From: Raja brachyura
Lineage: Eukaryota
Reading direction: 5' to 3'
Assembly (NCBI GenBank): GCA_963514005.1
Contig: OY740827.1
Span: forward strand, 3,596,001 to 3,660,000
Length of the DNA: 64,000 nt
Part shown: piece after piece, positions 48,727 to 59,667 of the stretch
How the letters are laid out: the number at the start of each line of letters is the position of its first letter
Numbering within the stretch: position 1 is the first letter of the stretch
Translations under genes and position numbers: made by a program
Notes under the pieces: generated by a model
Told to the model about the DNA's origin: nothing
What the model saw: the letters and a program-made list of their open reading frames with translations, nothing else
The model's database searches: none

Positions 48727-51700
48727 CTAAATACAAACAAAGGTTTCAACGTGTTCACACGGCAGAATTCCACGTGTCAACCTGGACAGTACGGAGAGAA
48801 AAGATGAAGTACAGATGTGACCAGTCTGCAGAAGGGTCTCACCCATTCCTTCTCTCCAGAGATGCTGCCTCACCCGCTGAGTATCTCCAGCTCTTTGTGT
48901 CTACCCTTGGTTTAAACCAGCACCTGCAGTTCCTTCCTCCATATTTTGTCTGCTCCACTGCAAAATCTCCTCAAGATATGTCTACTTTGAAAAGGTTCTC
49001 CTCTTTCCGACGAGAGTTGGAGTCATAGGGTGATAGTGTGGAAACGGGCCCTTCGGCCTAATTTTCCCACACCGGCCAACATGTCCCAGATATACTAGTG
49101 CCACCCATATCCCTCCAAACCTGTCCTATCCATGTACCAAGGCCAGTATGCCAAAAGCCTTTTTGACCACCCGATCTTCCTGCGACTCGATCTTCAAGGA
49201 ACCTTGCAGCTGCACTCCTAGACCCCACTGCTCTTCATCACTCCCCAGAGACCTACCATTAACTGTGTAGGTCCTGCTCTTGTTAGAGAACCCAAAATCC
49301 AACATCTCACACTTCTTGTTATTAAACTCCACCAACCATTCCTCAGCTCATCTATCCAATCGATCAAGATCCTGCTGCAATCTTTCACAATGCAGTTCTG
49401 CCTCATCCTCTCTCCCTGCTCCCCCTCTGTGATGCCACATGTTCTCTGACCTTATATTCATTGTTCTTTATCTCTCGACATCATCGTCTGTATCCATCGT
49501 TTACCTTATCCCTAACCAGTCTGAAGAAGGACCTCGACCCGAAACGTCGCCCGTTCCTTCTCTCCAGAGATGCTGCCTGTCCCGCTGAGTTAGTTCAGCT
49601 TTGTTGTGTCTATCTTCAGCACGAATGTAAGCTGGCCAATAATGTAAAAGAGGACAGCAAGAGTTTCTACGGATATATAAAGAGTTAAAAAAGAGGCAAG
49701 AGGGGATGTTGGGCCGCGGGAGAATGATGCAGGAGAAATCAAGAAATGGAATAGGAATTGAATAACCTTTTTGCATCAGTCCTCACCATGGAGGACACCA
49801 GCAGTGTGCCTGCAATCTTAGAGAGTCAGGGGTGGAAGTTAGTGGAGTGACGATTACTAAGGAGAAGGTGCTGGGAAAACTGAAAGGTCTGAGAGTGGAT
49901 AAGTCACCTGGACTGGATGGACTGCACCCCAGGGTTCTGAAGGAGGTGGCCTCGGAGATTGTGGAGGCATTAGTTGTGATATTTCAAGAATCACTAGAGT
50001 TAGGAGTGGTTCATGAAGATTGGAAATTTGCAAATATCGTCCCGCTGTACAAGAAAAGAGTGAAGCAGAAGAGCGGAAACTATAGGACGGTTAGCCTGCT
50101 ACGATGGTTGGTAAGATTTTTAGTCAATTGTAAAGGAAGAGGTTACACAGTGCTTAGATGTTCACGATAAGATGGGCCGAAGTCAGCATGGTTTTGTGAT
50201 CTTGCCTGATGAATCTGTTGTAGTTCTTTGTGGAAGCTGTGGATTAAAGAAAGCAGTGAAGAAGGCAAATGGCATGTTGGCCTTCCTAGCGAGAGGATTT
50301 GAGAAAAGGAGCAAGGTTGTGCTATTGCAGTTGAACAGGGCCCTGGTGAGACCGCACCTGGAGTATTGTGTGCCGTTTTGGTCACCTAATTTGAGGAAGG
50401 CCATTCATGCTATTGTGGGAGGGCAGCATAGGTACACGAGGTTAATTCCCAGGATTGCGGTACTGACATATGGTGAAATAATGGATCGACTGGGCTTGTA
50501 TTCACTGGAATTTAGAAGGATGAGAGAGGATCTTAAAGAAGCATATACAATTCTCAAGGATTTGGACAGGCTAGATGCAGGAAAAATGTTCTTGATGTTG
50601 GGGGAGTCCAGAACCAGGGCGCACTGTTTAACAATAAGGGGTAGGCCATATAGGGGGCTGAGATGAGGAAATACTTCTTTACCCAGAGAGTTGTGAATCT
50701 GTGGAATTCTCTGGCACAGAAGGCAGCGGAGGCCAATTCACTGGATGTTTTCAAGAGAGAGATAGGTATAGCTCTTCGGGCTAACGGAATCAAGGGAAAT
50801 GGGGAGAAAACAGGAATGGGGTACTAATTTTGGATTATCAACCATGATAATTTTGAATGGTGGTGCAGGTTGGAAGGGCCGAATGGCCTACTCCTGCACC
50901 TATTTTCTACCATTTCTTTAAATAGATTTTCAGAATGTCTTGAATAAGGTGCCGCACGTCAGGCTGCTAGGGCAGATGATAACCTATGGTATTAAAGGGA
51001 AGATACTAGCATGGATAGCGGATTGGCTGGATTTGCAATAAAGATTTGCAATAAAATGAGCTTTTTCATGGTGGCTACCAGCAACTAGTGAAGTTCCTCA
51101 AGGGTCGGTGCTGGGGCCGTCTCTCTTCATGTTGTATATTAATGATTTGGATAAGGGGATTGAAGGCGTTGTGGCCAGGTTTGCAGATGATACTGAGGTA
51201 GGAAGCGTAGAGAAAGCAAGGACTCTGCTGAAGGACTTGGACAGGTTGGGAGAGTGGGCAAAGAAGTAGCGGATGAAATTCATTATTGCAAAGTGTTGAG
51301 TCATGCATTTTGGTAATAAGAGTAAGGTGTAGAGTATTTTCTAAATGGAGAGAGAATCCAGAAATCGGAGATGCAAAGGGACTTGGGAATGCTGGTGCAG
51401 GAATCCCAAAAAGTTAGTTTGCAATTTGAATCGGAAGTAAGGAAGGCAAATTCAATGCTAGCGTTTATATCAAGAGTGCTAGAATACACAAACAGGGATG
51501 TAATGCTGAGGCCCCAGAAGGTGCTGGTCAGGCCGCATTTGGAATATTGTGAGCAAATTTGGGCCCCATATCTGAGGAAGGATGTGCTGGCTCTGGAGAG
51601 GGTCCAGAGGAGGTTTACAAGAATTATTCCAGGAATGAGGGGATAGCATATGATGAGCGCTTGACAGCACTGGACCTGTACTCGCTGGAATTTAGATGGT

Positions 51701-52168
51701 TGAGGTGGGGGGGGGGGCTCATTGAAATTTACATAATAATTAAAGGCACGTGGATGTTGAAAGGTTGTTTCAACTGGTGAGAGAGTCTAGCACCATAGCT
51801 TCTGAAATAAATGCCCCTCTTTTAGAAATTAGGTGAGAAGGAGCTTCTTTAGTCAGAGGGCAGTTAATCTGTGGAACTCATTGCCACAGAGGGCTGTGGA
51901 GGCCAAGTCATTGGATATTTTTAAGGCAGAGATAAACAAGTTCTTGATTAGAACAAGTGTCAAGAGTTATGGGGAGAAGGCAGGAAAATGGTATTAGGAG
52001 GCAGAGAGCCATGATTGCATTGCGGAGTAGACTCGATGGGCCGAATGGCCTAATTCTATTCCTATAACTTATGATCTTCTAAACATGAACCACCTGTTTG
52101 AAGTCTAAAGGCAATCCTATATCACTTTCTCATTGGAACAAGATACCATATAAACATTCATGATAGAC

Positions 52169-52560
52169 ACAAAGTGCTGGAGTAACTCAGCGGGTCGGGC
52201 AGCATGACTGGAGAACGTGGACAGGTACAAAGTGCTGGAGTAACTCAGCGGGTCGGGCAGCATGACTGGAGAACGTGGACAGGTACAAAGTGCTGGAGTA
52301 CCTCAGCGGATCAGGCAGCATGACTGGAGAATGTGGACAGGTACAAGTGCTGGAGTAACTCAGCGGATCAGGCAGCATCACTGGAGAACGTGGACAGGTA
52401 CAAAGTGCTGGAGTAACTCAGCGGGTCAGGCAGCATCACTGGAGAACGTGGACAGTTACAAAGTGCTGGAGTAACTCAGCGGGTCAGGCAGCATCACTGG
52501 AGAACGTGGACAGGTACAAAGTGCTGGAGTAACTCAGCGGATCAGGCAGCATCTCTGGAA
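52169..52560. repeat. 58-bp tandem array (~7 units) derived from a dispersed-repeat segment
   Basis: aaagtgctggagtaactcagcgggtcgggcagcatgactggagaacgtggacaggtac at 52171, 52229, 52287...; one unit at the paralogous site ~12475. Confidence 0.92.
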
Positions 52561-54585
52561 AAAAGGAATAGGTGGCGTTTCGCGTCAAGACCCTCCTTCA
52601 GACTGAGAGTCGGAGAGCGGGAAATATGAGATATCGACGTCACAAATGAAAGATATGCAAAAGCAACGATGATCAATAAAGATGTCGAGCCAACAATGGT
52701 CCATTGTTGGCTCTAGGGTAGGTGATAACGAGTTTTACAGGAAATGAAACTCAAGAGGACAACAGTAAATAAACAACCCTTGTCACCTACCCTTGTTCTC
52801 CAGGATTGGAGGCATGAGCTACAGGGAGATGTTGGGACAGGCTGGGACTCTATTCCTTGGAGGGTAGGCGGATGAGGGGTGATCTAATAGAGATGATCAA
52901 AATTATTGCGAAGAATTGATCGGGTAGACGTACAAAGTCTCTTGCCCAGAGTAGGGGAATCGAGGACCAGAGGGCTTAGACTTAAGAGGAGAGGAGATTT
53001 AATGGAACCTGAGGGGTAACATTTTTCCACACAAAGGGTGGTGGGTGTATGGAACAAGCTGCCGGAGGAGGTAGGTGAGGCTGGAGGGATATAGGCCAAA
53101 CGCAGGCATGTGGGACTAGTGTAGATGGGGCATGTTGGCTGGTTGACTCTATCTGCACCTCACGCTGCCTTGGCAAGGCAGGCAGCATAATCAAGAACGA
53201 GTCACTCCCCAGCCACTCCCTCTTCTCCCCTCTCCCATTGGGCAAGAGGTACAGAAGTGTGAAAACGCACACCTCCAGATTCAGGGACAGTTTCTTCCCA
53301 GCTGTTATCAGCCAACTGAACCATCCTGCCACAACCAGAGCGCAGTCCTGAATTACTATTGTGCTATCTTTGATGGGACTTTACTGGATTTTTCTTGCAC
53401 TAAACGCGATTCCCTTTTCTTGTCTGTGTACACAGTGGGTGACACTATTGTAATCAAGTAGACACAAAAAGCTGGAGTAACTTAGCGGGACAGGCAGCAT
53501 CTCTGGAGATAAGGAATGGGTGACATTTTGGTTCGAGACCTTCTTCAGACTATAGGGAGAGGTTGAGCACGCTAGGTTTAAGATGAGAGGGGAGAGATTT
53601 AATAGATCCTGAGGGGTAAATTTTTTTCATGTAGTGGTTGGTACATGGAACGGAGCTGCCGGAGGAGGGAGTTGAGGCTGAGACCATTGCGACGTTTAAA
53701 AAATAGTTGAACAGGTAACATGGATAAGACTTGTTTGGATGGATATGGGCCGAAGTAGGGCAGGTGGGACTTAGTGGGCAGGTGGGGCTCGTTGGCCGGT
53801 GTGGGCAAGTTGTACCAAGGGGCCTGTTTCCACGCTGTACAACTCAATGACTCCAAAGATGTTGCCTGACCCATTGAGTTTCTCCAGCACTTTGTTTTTA
53901 AGCAACGTGAGGAGTGACGATACATAAAGGGAGGCATTGAGGGTTTCTGGGTAGAAAGCCCAATATGATCCAACAATGTCAGGCAGAGGTCAGACAGGCT
54001 ACATACAGGTAGGGAACACAAAAGATTGTAGATGTGGGCGGCATGGTGGCGCAGTGGGTAGAGCTGCTGTCTCACAGTGCCAGGGACCCGGGTTCCATCC
54101 TGACCACCGGTGCCTGTCCGTACGGAGTTTGCAGGTTCTCCCCGTGACCTGCGTGGGGTTTCTCAGAGATCTTGAGGATGTGTGTGTGTTTGAGTGAGCG
54201 CGTGAGAGAGAGAGCGTGTGGTTGTGCGATTGTATGTGAGCGAATGTGTGTGTGCGTGTGTGCGCGTGTGTGTGCGTGCGTGCGTGCGTGTGTGTGTGCG
54301 TGGGAGGGTGAATGTGTGTGCCTGATAGATGTATGTGAGAGGGAGAACGCGTGTGTGTGTGTGATGGTTTGTGAGAGAATGTGTGTGTGTTTGAGTGAGC
54401 GTGAGTGTGTGTGAGAGTGAGTGTGTGTGAGAGATGGTGTTCATGTGTGCGACAGAGAGAATGTGTGTGTGTGAGAGAAGGAGAGTGAGTGTGTGAGTGT
54501 GTAAGCGATGAATTCCAGTGTCTCTCATTGTCGAATAATAAATCTGCCTTTATAGACAGTCACATGACAGTGTGTGTCTACTCAC

Positions 54586-54867
54586 ATTCTACAGTGAGGG
54601 TCACATCCCTCTCTGCTGTCCCGTGTACATTCTACCCCACACACTGATAGACCCCGGTGTCCTGCCGTGCCATCTGAGGGAACTCCATCCACAGCTCGTT
54701 GCTGGAATGTGTTGTGTTCAGCGTGACACTGAGATGTCTCCACGTCAGATTAGATACTGGGAAACTCTGGACGGAGCAGAGGATCGCTGCAGAGTTCCCT
54801 TCCTTTATACTGACCCAGGAATTGTTCACGTTGTTGGGGGAAGTGATTGAGAGATTCTGGGGGGCGT
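54586..54867 (-). pseudogene. Siglec-like gene B, Ig domain 3 exon with in-frame nonsense codon
   Basis: 282 nt, splice sites intact; YQCVG-TAG (54632-54634) where gene A has GAG. Confidence 0.85.
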
Positions 54868-55818
54868 CTGCAAACAGATAAAATTCAGCAACCTGTTTTA
54901 CGGCACTTTGGGTGATCCTTGGATTGTAAAAGACTTTAATCTTTAGACTTTAGAGATGCAGCTCGGAAACAGGCCCTTTGGCCCACCCAGCCTGCGCCGA
55001 CCATGGATCACCCGTTCACACGCTAGTCCTAAGGTTAGTTTAGAGATACAGTGTGGAGACAGACCAATTTGGCCCACCGAGTCTGCGCCGACTTCTATGT
55101 TTAAGGAAATGAGAAATATCGTCAATGGTGTAGAGAGATATAGAACAAAGAATGAAAGATATGCAAACTATTTACGATGATAAAGGAAACAGGCCATTGT
55201 TAGCTGTTTGTTGGGTGAGAACGAGAAGCTGGTGCGACTTGGGTGGGAGAGGGATGGAGAGAGAGAGGGAATGCCGGGGCTACCTGAAGTTAGAAAAACC
55301 AATATTCATAGCAATATTCATACCACCACGTAAGCTGCCCAAGCAAAGTATGAGATGCTGATCCTCCAATTTGTGTTTAGCCTCACTCTGACAATGGAGG
55401 AGCCCTAGAAAAGTCAGTGTGGGAATGCGAAGGAGAATTAAAGTGTTTAGCAGCCGGGAGATCAGGTAAGTCCTACATCTCTCTACATCATCGTCTATAT
55501 CTCTCGTTTCCCTTTCCTGTGACTTTCGCTCTGAAGAACCCTCTCAACCCGAAACTTCACCCATTCCTTCTCTCCAGAGATGCTGCCTGTCCCGTGGAGT
55601 CACTCCAGCTTTTGGTGTTGATTTGATTAGTATGGATGTCAGAGGTTACGGGCAGAAGGCAGAAGAAAGGGGTTAGGAGAGATAGATCAGCCATTAATGA
55701 ATGGCAGAGTGAACTTGATGGGCCGAATGGCCTAATTCTGCTCATATCGCCTATGACCTTATGTACCAGCACTGCTGGTTATTGCTGTTCCTGCACAATA
55801 AACGATGTCCATACTTAC

Positions 55819-56112
55819 ATTGCACAGTCATTGTGAGGATCTGCTCCGATGAGACAGTTGGGTATCTGACTCTGCAGGTGAGGTTTTGCCCGTGATGTTT
55901 GAGCGCTGGGGTCAGGGACAGAACAGAAGTGTATGTTAGAGTGTCTCCCCGCTGAGTTACGCTGTGTGAGGCTGACGTTGGTTCATCAGCGGGGGTGACC
56001 CAGGTTAAGGTGGGAGCCGTTCCATCACACGTGGTGTTGAAGATGCAGGTCACGGTCACAGGCTGACCTGCCACCATTTCATCAGGGAATATCGTGGGTT
56101 TATTTGTGAAAT
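55819..56112 (-). CDS. Siglec-like gene B, Ig domain 2 exon
   Basis: 294 nt, phase 1-1, open; 3 aa differences from gene A. Confidence 0.9.
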
Positions 56113-57085
56113 CTAACACACACAGAAACAGATACTATTAGTTAAATATCACTGGATACATCGGTTCACATTGTAATCCCAGTACCACATGAGGAAGGAT
56201 GTTTTTACATGGTATAGAAGTGTGGAAACACACACCTCCAGATTATCAAGGACCAGTCTCACCCCCGGTCACTCCCTCTGCTCCCCTCTTCCACCGGGCA
56301 AGAGGTACAGAAGTGTGAAAACGCACACCTCCAGATTCAGGGACAGTTTCTTCCCAGCTGTTATCAGGCCGCTGAACCATCCAACCACAACCAGAGAGCC
56401 ATCCTGAACTATCTACCTCATTGGTGACCTTCAGACTATCCCTGATCAGACTATGCTGTCTTAACCTTGCACTAAACGTTATTCCCTTATCATGCAGCTG
56501 TACACTGTAAACGGCTCGATTGTAATCATGTATTGTCTTTCCGCTGACTGGATAGCACGCAACAAAAGCTTTGCACTGTACCTCGGGACACGTGACAATA
56601 AAATTAACTAACTAAACTAAACTAGGATGATCCCTGAACAAGGAGGTACAATGGTCAGGGGAGGTTGAAAAGGTTGGGAATCAGGAATGTTATGATGACC
56701 TGTGATCGGGAAGATGGGGACAGAGTTCTCCACTAAGGGCAGTAAGGATAAGACAGTCATTGTTTAGTTTAGTTCAGGCTGCGTGAAGTGTAGATGGAGT
56801 CGATATTAGGAGCATATATGGGCAATGAAAACCTGGCAATAACACTGCAAAAACTGGAGGTGTCACGATGATCCAGAAATGAACCAGAAGGATCCTGATG
56901 CTGTGGTGTGTGTGTGAATAGGGAACGTGTACCGTCCAAAGTCCGATCAAGGATAGTCCGAGGGTCACCAGTGAGGTTGATGGTAGTTCAGCACTGCTCT
57001 CTGGTTGTGGTAGGATGGTTCAGTTGCCTGATAACTGCTGGGAAGAAACTGTTGAGTGAATGAGTGAATTACACAGAGCACTTAC

Positions 57086-57451
57086 CAGTAACACGGAGCT
57101 GAGTTACAGTGGGGTAGCTGTAATTATTTCGCCCTCCAAATTTAACTCTGAAAAAATAAAGACCTGCATCTTGCTGCGTGACGTTGTCTATAACCAGGGA
57201 ACAGTCGTTGTCCCTCAGGACTCCTGACAGCCGGGTCCGATGCTGAAACGTTGTTGATTCTAGACTGGAATTCCCGGAGTGGAAGGCTACTGAAACTTTG
57301 TTGTTTGTGTCCTTGTTAAACCAGATTCCAGTCCGTGGTTTATTGTTCAGATGCGACGGGTACCTGTAGCAACACGGAATCCGTGCACACAAACCATTCT
57401 TCGCTGTCACATCTCGTGGATTGTCCCCACTCCACTGTCCCGACATCACGG
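57086..57451 (-). CDS. Siglec-like gene B, V-set domain exon
   Basis: 366 nt, open; GLCARIPCC..DCSL..DAGLYFFR, essential Arg retained. Confidence 0.92.
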
Positions 57452-57585
57452 CTGAGGAGAGAAGGAACAATCTTTAGCAGTGAACACCCTGTCAGTTCAC
57501 TGGACTCACTTTCCCCACCTTTTATCCTGCGCTGTGGACCTGGTGTGTACAGAGCGTAGAGCGGCATGGTGGTGTAGGGGTAGAG

Positions 57586-58300
57586 CCTCCTCCTCACCGC
57601 CCCTCCCAGTGTGTCACACCCTCCTCACCACCCCTCCCAGTGTGTCACTCCCTCCTCACCGTCCCTCCCACAGTGTGTCACTCCCCCCTCACCGCCCCTC
57701 CCACAGTGCGTCACTCCCTCCTCACCGCCCCTCTCGCAGTGCGTCACTCTCTCCTCACCGCCCCTCCCACAGTGTGTCACTCCCTCCTCACCACCCCTCC
57801 CAGTGTGTCACTCCATCCTCACCACCCCTCCCACAGTGTGTCACTCCCTCCTCACCGCCCCTCCCAGTGTGTCACTCCCTCCTCACCCTCCCTCCCAGTG
57901 TGTCACTCCCTCCTCACCGCCCCTCCCAGTGTGTCACTCCCTGCTCACCGCCCCTCCCAGTGTGTCACTCCATCCTCACCACCCCTCCCACAGTGCGTCA
58001 CTCCCTCCTCACCGCCCCTCCCACAGTGTGTCACTCCCTCCTCACCGCCCCTCCCACAGTGTGTCACTCCCTCCTCACCACCCCTCCCAGTGTGTCACTC
58101 CATCCTCACCACCCCTCCCACAGTGTGTCATTCCCTCCTCACCGCCCCTCCCACAGTGCGTCACTCCCTCCTCACCGCCCCTCCCACAGTGCGTCACTCC
58201 CTCCTCACCGCCCCTCCCACAGTGTGTCACTCCCTCCTCACCGCCCCTCCCACAGTGCGTCACTCCCTCCTCACCGCCCCTCCCACAGTGTGTCACTCCC
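57586..58300. repeat. 29-31-bp C-rich minisatellite, ~23 units
   Basis: Same unit as 17707-18175, longer array. Confidence 0.95.
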
Positions 58301-59627
58301 AGGGACCAGTAGAGTGTCCCTTGTAGCCAGGTCCAGAGGTCAAGGAGCACCGCCACTCCACCTAGTGACACTTTGCTCAGTCCGCTTGGAGGAGTAGGGG
58401 GAGGAGTGACTCTGCTGTCAGCGACCGAAGGGCTGGTGATGGGATCTAGGGAGTTGGTAGGGCCGAAGATGGCCTGGCTGGGTTGCTCCTAGGCCTGGAG
58501 AAGCTGGCCATCCGCGAGTCACGGCGCCAGGCAGAAGAGGGCTTTGCCCGGCCAGTTGGTTGCATCATTACCAGGGTTACATCCGCGCCCGGGTGGTGTT
58601 AGAGAGGGACATGGTTATATAGTGGTTTATTAGTATATCTGTAGCATAGTTGATTGGAAATGTAGTGTCTCAATAATTTGGTGATTTTGTAATATTGGGG
58701 AGGGTGTGTCACCATGGTTTGGGTTTTTTGGGGTTTTTGTATCGTGATTGTAATTGAATAAATTATTTTGGATACAAAAAAAAGTGCGGTGCTCCCTCCT
58801 TTGCTGCAGTATATTCCATCTGCCATGTCCCTGTGCACCCCTCCAACCTGTCCAAGTTCAACTGCAGAGTCCCTGCTTTCTCTACACTACCTGCCCCTCC
58901 ACCTATTTCCGTATCATCTGCAAACTTGGCCACAAAGCCTTCAATCCCCTTGTCCAAATCATTAATGTTCAACGTGAAGAATTGTGGTGTACAGGAAGGA
59001 ATTGCGGATACTGGTTTAAACTGAAGATTGACACAAAAATCTGGAGTAACTCAGTGGGACAGGCAGCATCTCTGGAGAGAAGGAATGGGTGATGTTTCGG
59101 GTCGAGACCCTTCCTCAGACTGTAAGTCACGGGAAAGGGAAACGAGAGATATAGATGATGATGTGGAGAGATACAGAACAATGGATGAAAGATATGCAAA
59201 AACGTAATGATGATAAAGAAAACAAGCTATTGTTAGCTGTTTGTTGAGTGAGAACGAGAAGCTGGTGCGACTTGGGTGGGGGAGGGATGGAGAGAGAGGG
59301 AATGCAGGGTTTACTTGAAGTGAGAGAAATCAATATTCATACCGCTGGGTTGTAAGCTGCCCAAGCAAAATATGAGATGCTGTTCCTCCAATTTGCATTT
59401 GGGCTCACTCTGACAGTGGAGGAGAACTAGGACAGAAAGTTCAGTGTGGGAATGGGTAGGGGAATTAAAGTGTTTCGCAAACGGGAGATCAGGTAGGTCA
59501 GGCGGACTGAGCAAAGGTGGTCAGCGAAATGATCGTTGCGGCCCCAGCACTGACCCCTGCGGAACTGGCAGCCAACCAGTAAAACCCTCCTCGCCCGTAA
59601 ACACTTGTGAGTTGCTGCTGATGGTAC

Positions 59628-59667
59628 CTTGGAGAAGGGAGAAGAGGAAGCACGATCTCCTGATCAT
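59628..59667 (-). CDS. Siglec-like gene B, signal-peptide exon (whole exon 59628-59708)
   Basis: MIRRSCFLFSLLQ + G|gtacca; acceptor cttccag at 59709. Confidence 0.85.

Noticed and set aside
57480-58397. Long Pro-rich ORFs in several frames (also 17596-18376, 35720-36338)
   Set aside because: Stop-free minisatellite translations; length is not conserved between paralogs.
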